Shown piece after piece: positions 1 to 9,732 of a DNA stretch of 64,000 bases (the first letter of the stretch is position 1; the number at the start of each line of letters is the position of its first letter). The stretch lies in NCBI GenBank assembly GCA_001915065.1, contig MNDT01000006.1, positions 35,330 through 99,329 of the forward strand. The letters run 5' to 3'. The notes below the pieces were generated by a model. The model was not told the origin of the DNA. It made no database searches and saw only the letters and a list, made by a program, of their open reading frames with translations. A program made the translations under genes and the position numbers. This stretch comes from an archaeon 13_2_20CM_2_53_6. GTDB lineage: Archaea; Thermoproteota; Bathyarchaeia; 40CM-2-53-6.

Positions 1-2
1 CG

Positions 3-521
3 CTGGGACTGAAACCGTTCGGAACCACGTCCCTCAAACTGGTCAGCGTATACGCGGTCTTTCCCATCGTCGTGACGGTTCTAGGACAAGTCAACATTAT
101 CCTGGATGCACCTAGCGGAATGACGGTTCAGCTTGCACCTCTAAGAGCGAGCGACATTATCTTCGTAACGGGACTGGTGCTCGTCGGAATAGGTCTATTC
201 TTCCTACCACTCCTAAGCATCCACCGCCGACTCCGGGAAGCAAAGCGTACTGAGCTGGGCTGGGTCAATTCGCAGTACACGGCTATTGTTCGCAGGCTAA
301 AGGAGCTCATGGCCACCGGACGCGGGGATGAGCATAGGGATGAACGGCGGGCATTGGCTGACGATCTGACGATGGTTCGCCAGCTCCAGTCTGATGTTCT
401 CCGGATTCAAGCGTGGCCTTTTGATCTTGGCGTCATCACAAGACTGGGAACGTTGCTGGTTCTGCCGCCCTTCCTCGGAGTGTTCGCGAGAATTCTCATC
501 CTGACATTTCTACATATCTAG
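3..521 (+). CDS. C-terminal part of a membrane protein (5' end lies outside the window)
   Basis: The frame of ORF 72..521 stays open back to position 3. Hydrophobic segments FVTGLVLVGIGLFFLPLL and LGTLLVLPPFLGVFARILILTFL. No family recognised. Confidence 0.4.
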   Translation: MGLKPFGTTSLKLVSVYAVFPIVVTVLGQVNIILDAPSGMTVQLAPLRASDIIFVTGLVLVGIGLFFLPLLSIHRRLREAKRTELGWVNSQYTAIVRRLKELMATGRGDEHRDERRALADDLTMVRQLQSDVLRIQAWPFDLGVITRLGTLLVLPPFLGVFARILILTFLHI

Positions 522-638
522 GGCCATCAAGCAGAAAGCTGGACATGATTGACCGTCTATGTTTGGCCGCGTCGAGATCTAATGCTTTTGCCTCGAAACC
601 CTTCTTACTGTCTTAGAGGTAACTCAGTCTCAGGGTAA

Positions 639-1046
639 TCACCGCTTCATCCTTCGGCTCTTTCGCCCCGTTCGCCGTGTGGCTCGTGGCTTCGAGGCTT
701 TACGATGGGGGAGCTTCGTATACTTTGGCTGGTATAGTTCGACTTCCATGTTTCCAGGCATTCGAAAGTGAGTTAGTGATCCCCATTCCTCTTCAGTGAT
801 CCCCGAGGAAAATTCGACGCCACGTGATCTCAAGTCCTCGACTGTCTTGTGAATGTCGTCGCAGTAGAAAGAGATCGAATGGAACACCTTGTCTGATGGA
901 TGAACACCCAAGTCTGCCTCGGGTATGTCGAAGACTAGGTACCCCTCGCCCGTATCAGTATGGGCAAAGCCCAGCTTATCTCGGATAAACGCACGCACTT
1001 CTTCGGCTTTGGGTGTGTAGAATAATCCATGCATTCCTTTGATCAT
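639..1046 (-). CDS. VOC / glyoxalase-bleomycin resistance family protein with a basic C-terminal tail
   Basis: Single VOC-like beta-alpha-beta-beta-beta module (GMHGLFYTPKAEEVRAFIRDKLGF, HSISFYCDDIHKTVEDLRSRGVEF). Confidence 0.65.
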   Translation of the reverse strand: MIKGMHGLFYTPKAEEVRAFIRDKLGFAHTDTGEGYLVFDIPEADLGVHPSDKVFHSISFYCDDIHKTVEDLRSRGVEFSSGITEEEWGSLTHFRMPGNMEVELYQPKYTKLPHRKASKPRATRRTGRKSRRMKR

Positions 1047-1315
1047 TTCTCGACTTCTCCCTGTATGGAGGGACGATTGCTACGTTGTATGTTTAAGCCT
1101 GCGTGTGCGAGGCACGAAGTGACGTCGGGAGAAGTTTGATTTCTCGAGTTGAAGATCTAGAGTGTGATGCTGGTTCGTCTTAGGCTTGCCCAATGATTCC
1201 CTACTGTAACCATAGATTATAATAGTAGCCCCCCGACCTTGAGGTGGTAAGCTTTACCGATTAACGGCTTAGAGGAAATGTAGGAAGGTTAGTGAATTAT
1301 GGAGGTTAAACTTTC

Positions 1316-2593
1316 ATGGTTGAACCGTCGCAGTATGCTTCGACAACAAAGTACATAGTAAAAGCCAAGTTTGATGTAGAGGGCGTAGTCGAAAAGCCTG
1401 ACGTGGTCGGTGCCGTCTTCGGCCAGACAGAAGGCCTCTTCGGCCCAGACCTTGATCTTAGAGAATTACAGAAATCCGGACGAATAGGCCGGATAGAAAT
1501 CAATCTAGATTCAAAGAAAGACAAGACTACCGGCTCAATCGTAATCCCATCCAGCCTAGACAAGGTATCAACGGCCATCATAGCCGCCGCGATCGAGAGC
1601 GTCGACCGGATCGGACCCTGCGAGGCAAAGATCAGCCTAGAGAAAGTCGAGGACGTGAGGGAGGAGAAAAGGAAGGCCATAATGACGAAGGCCAAAGACA
1701 TTCTCAGAAAATGGGTCGTCGAATCCTCACCAAGCACAGAAGAGGTCGTGAAAGAAGTCGCGGGATCTCTGCGAGGAGTCGACGTGATCGAGTATGGGCC
1801 CGAGAAATTACCCGCGGGACCCGAGGCCGAGAGGGGCGATATCATCGTTGTCGAGGGGCGCGCGGATGTCATACTTCTCATGAAGGTCGGCATCAAGAAC
1901 GTAATCGCATTGAACGGGACCAAGGTCCCCGAGACGATCATCAAGCTGACGAAGGACAGAGAGGTCACGGCGTTCCTCGACGGAGACAGGGCAGGCGACC
2001 TGATTCTCAAAGAGCTGACGCAGGTGGCAGACATCGACTATGTCGCCCGCGCCCCCTTCGGGAAAGAGGTAGAGGAGCTTACTCCAAAGGAGGTAATGAG
2101 AGCTCTGAGAGAGCGCGTCCCAGTCAATCTAGCAAAACCAATCGAGAGACAACAGTTCACGCGGCCCGAGAGACCCGAGCGTGCTTATGGGGAGCGGTCC
2201 TACACGGAGAGAGCTTACGGACCCCAGGAGCGGCCGTATGTGCCTGCTGAAGTGCCAGTCCGTGCGGCAGCACCGATGGAAAAGCCGAATCTCCCACCAC
2301 CAGTCTTTGATGCTGCAAAGGACCTACGTGGGACATTGGAGGCGGTAGTCTTCGACGAGGGTGGCAAGGAACTGTCAAAGATGCCTGTTAGCGAGCTTGC
2401 GGAGAAGATACCGACCCTGGACCACGCCCAGGTAGTTCTCTTCGACGGGGTCGTAACTCAGAGGCTTCTCGACACCGCGGCGAGCAAGGGCATCAAATAT
2501 GTGATAGGCGACAGAGTCTCTGACGGGGCCAAGCGGCCCGCGAATGTCAGCGTCATGACTCTCAACGACCTATCCTCGTTCGCTCCTGCCTGA
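1316..2593 (+). CDS. dnaG: Archaeal DnaG primase-like protein (exosome-associated, TOPRIM domain)
   Basis: Characteristic archaeal DnaG N-terminus TKYIVKAKFDVEGVVEKPDVVGAVFGQTEGLFG and LRELQKSGRIGRIEI. TOPRIM residues IIVVEGRADV and FLDGDRAGD. GGAGG lies upstream of the ATG. Confidence 0.9.
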   Translation: MVEPSQYASTTKYIVKAKFDVEGVVEKPDVVGAVFGQTEGLFGPDLDLRELQKSGRIGRIEINLDSKKDKTTGSIVIPSSLDKVSTAIIAAAIESVDRIGPCEAKISLEKVEDVREEKRKAIMTKAKDILRKWVVESSPSTEEVVKEVAGSLRGVDVIEYGPEKLPAGPEAERGDIIVVEGRADVILLMKVGIKNVIALNGTKVPETIIKLTKDREVTAFLDGDRAGDLILKELTQVADIDYVARAPFGKEVEELTPKEVMRALRERVPVNLAKPIERQQFTRPERPERAYGERSYTERAYGPQERPYVPAEVPVRAAAPMEKPNLPPPVFDAAKDLRGTLEAVVFDEGGKELSKMPVSELAEKIPTLDHAQVVLFDGVVTQRLLDTAASKGIKYVIGDRVSDGAKRPANVSVMTLNDLSSFAPA

Positions 2594-4939
2594 GAGACGA
2601 ATCTGCGAAGCTGGTTCGGCCATAAGCTGATCCTCTTTCACGCCAAGGACTTCTAGAATCCGTGCCGCAGCTGGAACGATCTGGTTGTGGACATAATAGT
2701 CGTAATCTATATCGTCCGTAGAGACTCTGTAGTGGGGTTCCGCTTTCTGGTACAGTTTTCCAGGCTTTTTCGTAATGACGAAGCCGACCTTGTCGCCCGC
2801 CGTGACTGACCAGCCTTCCTTCGCCATCTTCTTCGCCGCCTCTACGTGGGGAGCATTGACCTCGTAATCGGCCACTGGCTTTGTGAGTGTCTTCCAGATC
2901 ACATACGCAGACAAGGGTAGGTTCTTGGACCTGACATCCGATGTCAAGTTCTTGACGTACGCTGCCGCCCTAGCCGGCTTCGCATCTTCCAACACCATTC
3001 TTAGAACGTTATTCTGTACATCCCGGGCCAGGTTGGACCAGTCTCCTCGGACCGCCTCAAGGCCTACGACGTCGATCTGACCATCGATTCTCAGCCCAGC
3101 ATACTTCTTCTTGGCCTCGGTGAAGAGTATTCTCTTGTAAACCTCAGATAGGTTGATCTCAAGTCCGAGCTGCCGATCGATCTCGTCTTGGAACTTCTGG
3201 ACAAGTTTCTCATCATAATTCACAAAGAGACTGTCAGTATCTCCATAGAAGACTGTGAGTCCGAGGCTCTTTGCTATTGATATCGCGCGATTGATCGTCT
3301 CTCTTCCGAGGGCAGCCGCTGATTCTGCAACCTCCTTCGAATACCAACGTGCACCGGCCCAGCCAGCGTAGCCGTAGACCGCGTTCGTCATCACCTTCAC
3401 GGCCTTCTCACGGGCCTTAAGCAGAGTATATCGGGGATCGCTCTCGGACGTTCGTTTCAGCTCTGCCTTGGTCGTCTTCCGGGCTTCGATGAGCTTCGTT
3501 AGAACTATTCTGTAGAACCCTGAGGGATTTTTTCTGAAACGATGCGCGACCTCAGGGACTTCGAAGATGTCGTCTGTCTCCTTCCCAGTGACGAGCGTGT
3601 CGGGTGAGATGTTGTACTTGATCATCAAACTGGGGTACATGGAGGAGAAGTCGAGACTAGCTATATTGTCATGGAGCCCTATCTTTGGTTCGAGGACAAT
3701 CGCTCCCTTGTATGGGATAATGGGCTGCTCCATCCTGGAGGGTATGAGCTGGCCGAGGTTGTGGGTCTCCATCATCAGATAATTGTCCACGCGGAATCCA
3801 ACAGCCGCGGCTATCACTTGGTCAGGCGGCAACCCTGAAAGCGCTGACATCTGGATGACATAGTCGATCGCTTCCTGACCTATCTTGAGGATGGCCTCGG
3901 TCTGCTCTTCCACGTGCTTGACGAGATTCTTTCTCTGGTTCAGATTTGACCAGTGTTCGAAGTAGGCTGTCTCATCAATAGGATTCTGACTTGATAATTC
4001 AATTCCCAGATATTTCGCCACATCCTCGATCGTCTTGTTCTTGACCGCGTAGAGGTCGTCGGCGAAGTTGAGAAGGTCAACATTCGCTCGTCCGATCAGC
4101 GAATAATGGCCGTAGAGGCTCTGGTGTGGTGGACCCCCGTCCCGGCCAACCCTGAGGGGAGTCTTGGTCTTGTCAGCCCTCTTGACAAGATACGGCCAGT
4201 GGACACTGTTTCCGTCGAAGGTCAAAACAAAATCAGGATTGGTCTTGGAGACATGGCCCCCGAACTCTCGAATGGTTTCATCGTCGGAGTCGGCCTTGGT
4301 CTGGAGAACTTCGTTCTCGGCCTTGCTTGTTCTCCAGCCGATGATCTGGATCGGGTCCCGTATCGGGCTGGGCGCGCCCGTCTTGCTGACGGATAAAAGT
4401 GAGAAGGAGAAGAGATCTAGTCTAGGTGGTTCTTCCTTCGAGATCGGTTTCGGATGATCTGTAGCTGTAAGGGTTTCTTGGACACTGTAATCTTTTGGAT
4501 CTATCGTTGAGGAGGAGGTGTCCACCTCGTACCATTGACAAGGCTTGATTCCAAAGTCGTACTGGTACTTGATGGCAGATCGGAGCTTCTCCTCGTAGGT
4601 AGCAGCAGCACCAGTTTTTTTCAGCGTGTCGCGCGCAGCTCTCTCCAAAAACTCCGGGTTTTTACAGAATATTTTGAGGACGAAACGTTCCTCGGCTAGC
4701 AGTTTCTTTTTCTCGATTGTCGCATTTTCGATGGTGGGATGGGGCTTTTCCTCTTCCAAGCTCTTCCTGAGATGCTCCGAGTCCTGACCTTCCCTCGGCA
4801 GGAGGTAGAAGTAGGCTCGATAGTTGCTATCAGTGACTAGAACGCGCTTTCCATCATGGGTGATTCCCCAGAGCCAGATCGACGATTTTCCCTGGTAGGT
4901 CTCATGGTTGAGGTCGAGAAGCCAAAACGTCCGTTTCAT
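2570..4939 (-). CDS. polB: Family B DNA polymerase; polymerase motifs intact, exonuclease motifs degenerate
   Basis: Motif A LDFSSMYPS, motif B KVMTNAVYG, motif C YGDTDS. The Exo I/II/III positions read FSFSLL, SVHWPYL and HVEEQ. The start overlaps the stop of the upstream small ORF (TAATG). Confidence 0.9.
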   Translation of the reverse strand: MKRTFWLLDLNHETYQGKSSIWLWGITHDGKRVLVTDSNYRAYFYLLPREGQDSEHLRKSLEEEKPHPTIENATIEKKKLLAEERFVLKIFCKNPEFLERAARDTLKKTGAAATYEEKLRSAIKYQYDFGIKPCQWYEVDTSSSTIDPKDYSVQETLTATDHPKPISKEEPPRLDLFSFSLLSVSKTGAPSPIRDPIQIIGWRTSKAENEVLQTKADSDDETIREFGGHVSKTNPDFVLTFDGNSVHWPYLVKRADKTKTPLRVGRDGGPPHQSLYGHYSLIGRANVDLLNFADDLYAVKNKTIEDVAKYLGIELSSQNPIDETAYFEHWSNLNQRKNLVKHVEEQTEAILKIGQEAIDYVIQMSALSGLPPDQVIAAAVGFRVDNYLMMETHNLGQLIPSRMEQPIIPYKGAIVLEPKIGLHDNIASLDFSSMYPSLMIKYNISPDTLVTGKETDDIFEVPEVAHRFRKNPSGFYRIVLTKLIEARKTTKAELKRTSESDPRYTLLKAREKAVKVMTNAVYGYAGWAGARWYSKEVAESAAALGRETINRAISIAKSLGLTVFYGDTDSLFVNYDEKLVQKFQDEIDRQLGLEINLSEVYKRILFTEAKKKYAGLRIDGQIDVVGLEAVRGDWSNLARDVQNNVLRMVLEDAKPARAAAYVKNLTSDVRSKNLPLSAYVIWKTLTKPVADYEVNAPHVEAAKKMAKEGWSVTAGDKVGFVITKKPGKLYQKAEPHYRVSTDDIDYDYYVHNQIVPAAARILEVLGVKEDQLMAEPASQIRLSGRSERG

Positions 4940-5223
4940 TAGGACTCTCGATCTTCTCGCTCGCTCTCGACTTTGACCATCGAGATAACCACGATTCCTG
5001 CAATGACTAGTGTAAGTCCTGATGGGAGTAAGCTGGCAGTTATGGCCAGAGCTGGATAATAGATGCAGCCACCGGCCGGACAGTTAATCGGATTGGTTAG
5101 CGTGATGACAGTCAGCGTCCCAATCATGGTCAAGATTGTTCCGATTACTATGAAGGCGAATCCAAGAGTCTGGAACGAATGCCTCCAGGCCGGCACCCGG
5201 GTCATTGTTATCTCACCATTCAA
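4939..5223 (-). CDS. Small membrane protein (2-3 TM), translationally coupled to polB
   Basis: Hydrophobic segments FAFIVIGTILTMIGTLTVITL and ITASLLPSGLTLVIAGIVVISMV. Its stop overlaps the polB ATG. Confidence 0.5.
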   Translation of the reverse strand: MNGEITMTRVPAWRHSFQTLGFAFIVIGTILTMIGTLTVITLTNPINCPAGGCIYYPALAITASLLPSGLTLVIAGIVVISMVKVESEREDRES

Positions 5224-5288
5224 CGGCTTGCGAGTAAATGGTTTAAATTCGCCTGATAGGAACCGGGCTCCTCGGGATAGTTGGTATC

Positions 5289-5702
5289 ATGGCGGAGAAG
5301 GTAGACAAGGCCAAGCAGGTCGACCATTGGGGAATCGCGCACATCTACTCCAGTTTCAATAATACGATGGTGCACATTACCGATCTGACTGGTGCTGAGA
5401 CTGTTTCCCGAAGCGCTGGTGGTCAGCATGTCAAGGCTGACCGTCTTCAGGGTACTCCCTATGCGGCTATGCAGGCAGCCGCGGCCGCTGCGAAGGTGGC
5501 TAAGGATAAGGGGATTACTTCTCTCCATATTCGTGTTCGGGCTCCGGGCGGCCACAAGGCCAGGACTCCTGGTCCGGGTGCGCAGGCGGCGATTCGAATG
5601 TTGGCGCGTCAGGGTTTCCGGATCGGAAGAATCGAGGACGTGACTCCGGTTCCCCATGATGGCACTCGTAGGCCGGGCGGCCGTCGCGGTCGCCGCGTCT
5701 AG
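5289..5702 (+). CDS. rps11: 30S ribosomal protein uS11
   Basis: [25 protein letters not shown] and [43 protein letters not shown] are typical uS11. Confidence 0.95.
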   Translation: MAEKVDKAKQVDHWGIAHIYSSFNNTMVHITDLTGAETVSRSAGGQHVKADRLQGTPYAAMQAAAAAAKVAKDKGITSLHIRVRAPGGHKARTPGPGAQAAIRMLARQGFRIGRIEDVTPVPHDGTRRPGGRRGRRV

Positions 5703-5753
5703 CCTGATCGGGAGTTTTCTCCCACGTCCTATGCCGGTCAGATCCGGAGGATA

Positions 5754-6902
5754 GTGGGCAAGCATCAGAAGTGGCGGGCGGAGGAATGCCTCAACCTGAT
5801 CCCGTCCGAGAATCTGACCAGCCACACTGTAAGACAGCTACTCTCCGGGGATATGGGCCATCGATATCGGGCCGATGACCGGTTCTACAAGGGAGCCAGG
5901 TTCATGGACGAGCTAGAGTCTCTCGGCGAGAAGCTAGCCTGTGAGGTCTTCGGAGCCGACTGGGCGAGCCTCCGGCCCTTGTCAGGCCATATGGCCGATA
6001 TGATAGCTGTGTCGACCCTTACGAAGCCTGGCGGTTCAATCCTCACCGTCAATCCTGGGGACGGGGGATACCCGGGGTTGAGTGACCAGGCAGGATATCC
6101 AACCTTTGTCAATGTCCGGAACCTGTATTTTCCGTTTGATTCCGAGCGGATGAATATCGATGTGGAAAAGGCGCGGGGCATGATCGAGGACGAGAAGCCC
6201 TCGCTTGTAGTGTTCGGCCAATCATTCTTCCTCTTTCCTCACCCGGTGAGAGCGCTAGTCGATGCTTGTACCTCGGCAGGGTCGAGGATCGCGTTCGATG
6301 GATCGCACGTGCTGGGGTTGATTGCCGGGGGCAAATTTCAGAAACCATTGGAGGAAGGTGCAGAACTGATACTAGGGTCTACTCATAAGAGCCTGTTCGG
6401 TCCCCAGGGTGGGATCATCGTCGGGAAGAGGGGTTGTGAATCTGAGGTGAAGGGGCGCCAGTTTCCGGGCTTGGTAGATAACGCGCACTGGAATCGGGTC
6501 GCCGCGCTGGTGTGGGCGTTGGACGAGGCCCGTCGGGTTGGTGGAAAATACGCCGTGCAGGTCATAACGAACTCGAAGGCGTTAGCTAGGGCGTTGCATG
6601 AAGGAGGGGTCCCGGTGAAGTGCTCGGAATACGGGTTCACTGAGTCGCACCAGACGATTCTGGACGTGAAAGATCAGAAGGAGATTGAGGGGTTTACGCA
6701 ACGGTTAGAGGATGCGAATATCATTGTTGACCATGGGATTCGTATCGGGACCTGTGAAGCAACGCGACGGGGGATGAAGGCACAGGATATGGAACGGGTG
6801 GCAGAGCTTATCGTTCGGGTCTACAAAGGGGAGGAGCCGAGCAAGGTTAGAGCGAAGGCGACGAAGCTTCGGCGGGAATTCAACAGGATATTATACACGT
6901 AG
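5754..6902 (+). CDS. glyA: Serine hydroxymethyltransferase
   Basis: LNLIPSENLTS, and the PLP-lysine motif GSTHKSLFGPQGG. The N-terminal helix seems to continue upstream of GTG 5754, in frame back to the rps11 stop, with a candidate ACG at 5724. Confidence 0.85.
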   Translation: MGKHQKWRAEECLNLIPSENLTSHTVRQLLSGDMGHRYRADDRFYKGARFMDELESLGEKLACEVFGADWASLRPLSGHMADMIAVSTLTKPGGSILTVNPGDGGYPGLSDQAGYPTFVNVRNLYFPFDSERMNIDVEKARGMIEDEKPSLVVFGQSFFLFPHPVRALVDACTSAGSRIAFDGSHVLGLIAGGKFQKPLEEGAELILGSTHKSLFGPQGGIIVGKRGCESEVKGRQFPGLVDNAHWNRVAALVWALDEARRVGGKYAVQVITNSKALARALHEGGVPVKCSEYGFTESHQTILDVKDQKEIEGFTQRLEDANIIVDHGIRIGTCEATRRGMKAQDMERVAELIVRVYKGEEPSKVRAKATKLRREFNRILYT

Positions 6903-6932
6903 CAGCCTCGAATCTCGGAGCTGGGTAGGGGT

Positions 6933-7910
6933 TTGTTGATCACCGAGCATCCTCTAGAGCCCGTTTCCCTTGTTCAGATAGAAAGCGCGCGTAAACGGAT
7001 CCACGGCCTAGTCCTACGCACTCCTATTGTGAGGCTGAACGTTGACGATCCTGAAAGGGAAGTCTATCTGAAGCTGGAGAATTTGCAGCCGACGGGTTCT
7101 TTCAAGGTTCGAGGTGCCTCCAACGCGATCGCGCTCGCAGGGCAGGGGGCGAAATCTCGTGGAGTATACACGTGTAGCGCGGGAAACATGGCACAGGCCC
7201 TGGCCTGGCAGGCTCGGCAGAAAGGCATTCCGTGTACTGCAATAGTTCCCGATAACGCTCCCAAGACGAAGCTGCAGGCTATTGAACGGTTCGGAGCGAA
7301 GACGATCCAGGTCTCTTACGATGAGGTCTGGAAGGTGGTGACCAGTCACCGGTATGCTCCTCTCGCTGATGCCTTGTTCATCCATCCGTTCAGCGACGAG
7401 AGGATGATCGCAGGGAACGGGACCATCGGCTTGGAGATACTCGAAGACGTTCCAGGAGTGGATTCGGTGATCATCCCTTTCGGAGGGGGCGGGCTTACTG
7501 CCGGAATTGCTAGCGCTATCCGTGCGAGCAAGCCAAATACGAGGGTCTACGCGGTTGAGCCGGAGACGGCCGCCCCTCTCGCAGCGTCCCTCCGAGAAGG
7601 CAGAGCGATGGATGTAAACCGTGTTCCCAGCTTTGTGGATGGGATCGGCGGGAAGAGCGTTCTTCCGGAAATATTCAAGATCTTGAGACCGTTGGTCGAT
7701 GGCAGTATCACTTCTTCGCTGAGGGAGATTGCGGATGCTGTTCGCCAGCTCGTCGAGCGGAACCGGGTCGTGGCTGAAGGCGCTGGCGCGGCCTCTGTGG
7801 CGGCGGCTCTTTCAGGCAAGGCGGGCGCAGGGAAGATCGTCTGTGTAGTCTCTGGGGGAAATATCGACACAGTCACGTTAACAAGGATTCTATCGGGAGA
7901 GGTGCCCTGA
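6933..7910 (+). CDS. PLP-dependent threonine/serine dehydratase (or serine racemase) family enzyme
   Basis: PLP-lysine motif GSFKVRGASNAI, the glycine loop PFGGGGLTAGIA, and a fold-type II beta-family layout. Confidence 0.8.
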   Translation: MLITEHPLEPVSLVQIESARKRIHGLVLRTPIVRLNVDDPEREVYLKLENLQPTGSFKVRGASNAIALAGQGAKSRGVYTCSAGNMAQALAWQARQKGIPCTAIVPDNAPKTKLQAIERFGAKTIQVSYDEVWKVVTSHRYAPLADALFIHPFSDERMIAGNGTIGLEILEDVPGVDSVIIPFGGGGLTAGIASAIRASKPNTRVYAVEPETAAPLAASLREGRAMDVNRVPSFVDGIGGKSVLPEIFKILRPLVDGSITSSLREIADAVRQLVERNRVVAEGAGAASVAAALSGKAGAGKIVCVVSGGNIDTVTLTRILSGEVP

Positions 7911-8229
7911 GACCCAGCTGGAATCATGGCGTCGATATCTCAGGAATAATCCGGCTTCATCAGGCGGCTACGCCCTATCACCCGGTCAGGTCGAACGATG
8001 AGGTCTCCCTCAACCCGGCACCCTTCCGATGGGTGTACAATCGAGTCGCAGTCTCCCTCTGGGTTGTTTCTCGGCAGCCCTTGCGGGAAGATTTCGGACC
8101 TAGACAATCTCACGTGACGCGAATTTCTACAGTTATCACCAGATAGCACACAGTATCCCACATACGGCGGTAATTGTGGACGTTGTCCTATTATCTCCAA
8201 GCCGGGAATAGGGATATCTGTGGTGAAGA

Positions 8230-8424
8230 TTGAACATCAAGTTCATGCAGACAGTTGAGAGAGACGTCTACAGAAAACTTAGGGATATCGCGAAAGAAAG
8301 AGGAGTAACCGTGCAAGAGCTCTTGAGAGCTGTCATTCTACCTGACTGGATGGCAAACTACAACGGCAAGCAGCGCAAGAGCAGGATGGCTAGAGCTGAA
8401 AGACGACTGGTCACCGCTTCTTGA
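8230..8424 (+). CDS. Small ribbon-helix-helix (CopG/Arc-like) protein, paralog of 37789..38004
   Basis: RHH-like pattern VERDVYRKLRDIAKERGVTVQELLRAVILPDW. It shares RG[VI]T[VI]QELLRAV[IV][IL]PDW with ORF 37789..38004. ATG 8245 may be the true start. Confidence 0.5.
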   Translation: MNIKFMQTVERDVYRKLRDIAKERGVTVQELLRAVILPDWMANYNGKQRKSRMARAERRLVTAS

Positions 8425-8563
8425 GGATTTAGCGAGATCCGTCCGGACCATCGAGTGGATAGAAAGACAGCGAAGGAATTGGAGAACGCTGAGATAAAAT
8501 ACCCGACTCCGTGACGGTATTACATATATACTTAGTAGCATGGATTGACTTGTCGTACGATTC

Positions 8564-9625
8564 ATGACGTCTACGGCTGAACATGTCGGCCTCATCCGAG
8601 GATTACACCACATCACCCTAGTCACATCGAACGAGGAGGTCAACCGGAGATTCTACACGGAAGTGCTGGGTCTCCGACGCGTGAAGCTCACCGTCAACCA
8701 GGACGATGTGCATCACAGGCATCTATTCTACGCTGACGAGAAAGCGACCACAGGGAGCGCTATTACATTCTTCGAATGGCCGCACATGCGGCCAGGAAGA
8801 GTAGGGCTTGGCTCTCCGCATCACCTCTCCTACACCACCCCGAAATTCGACTCCCTACCAAAGTGGAATTTTTGGCTACGGCAGAAAGGAGTGTCAGTCG
8901 AGGGCCCTCTCGTACGGGATGATCGAACCTCGATATATGTGCGGGACCCTGACGGCGTAATTGTCGAAATCACATGTCCCAACAAGGATGAAGTCACCCA
9001 TGACTATGCCCAGGAAGCGTTCAGAAACCCACCACCGGTTAGTGGCATAACCAGTGAGATGAAGCTCACCACCTTCCACCATGCTAGTCCTTTGACATAT
9101 GATCCAGAGACCACAGCGGAGTTCTTCGACAAGTTCCTGGGTCTGACCGACAAGTTCACAATTCCCAACCCTGACCAGAGCGACACGAATATCCTCGGGA
9201 TTGGAAGCGAGGAGCGTCCCGGCTTCCTACGATACCTAGCAATACCGAAGCCACCAGAAGGATACGTTGGCGAGGGGAGCATCCACCATATCGCGATGGC
9301 GGTTGAGGATGATGAGGCGCAGCAGAAGATCCTGAAACGTCTGAATGAGGTTGGGATAGAGAACTCGGGGATCATTGACCGGTTCTGGTTCCACTCATTG
9401 TACTTCCGCGACCCCGACGGGAACCTCCTGGAGGTAGCTACGAAGAATCCTGGATACTCGGCAGATGAGCCCCCAGAGAAGCTTGGGACCTTTCTCGTTC
9501 TTCCCAAGTGGCTGGAGCCCAGAAGGACAGAGATCGAATCTGCACTAAAGCTGACTGACGCGAACAACCATGGCAAATGGCCGCCAGACTACCCGGAGCT
9601 CCAGTCTCCGCCTGAAGCCATGTAG
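8564..9625 (+). CDS. Two-domain VOC family protein (ring-cleaving dioxygenase / glyoxalase-like)
   Basis: Repeated VOC modules: GLHHITLVTSNEEVNRRFYTEVLGL with IYVRDPDGVIVEI, and HHIAMAVEDDEAQ with LYFRDPDGNLLEV. Confidence 0.7.
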   Translation: MTSTAEHVGLIRGLHHITLVTSNEEVNRRFYTEVLGLRRVKLTVNQDDVHHRHLFYADEKATTGSAITFFEWPHMRPGRVGLGSPHHLSYTTPKFDSLPKWNFWLRQKGVSVEGPLVRDDRTSIYVRDPDGVIVEITCPNKDEVTHDYAQEAFRNPPPVSGITSEMKLTTFHHASPLTYDPETTAEFFDKFLGLTDKFTIPNPDQSDTNILGIGSEERPGFLRYLAIPKPPEGYVGEGSIHHIAMAVEDDEAQQKILKRLNEVGIENSGIIDRFWFHSLYFRDPDGNLLEVATKNPGYSADEPPEKLGTFLVLPKWLEPRRTEIESALKLTDANNHGKWPPDYPELQSPPEAM

Positions 9626-9732
9626 GACAAAATGCTAGAACCGTGCGATTCTACGCAACCCGGCATTTTAATGTCTAGAATCACGAACCGGCACGGCCTG
9701 ACTGCAGATCTGCGGTGGCCGTGGCTCGATCA

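Noticed and set aside
1306-2378. ORFs 1306..2034 (-), 1711..2250 (+) and 2157..2378 (-), all overlapping dnaG
   Set aside because: The dnaG frame carries conserved DnaG and TOPRIM motifs. The alternatives are R/S/P-rich with no recognisable features.
5220-5825. 201-aa minus-strand ORF covering rps11 (also 5392..5643 + and 5063..5362 +)
   Set aside because: It is antisense or out of frame with a textbook uS11 and has an implausible composition.
7940-8200. The 86-aa minus ORF (Cys-containing) between the dehydratase and the RHH gene
   Set aside because: It has no clear motif (the scattered Cys are not in CxxC pairs), an odd composition, and no start context. It is left uncalled, though it could be a small real gene.
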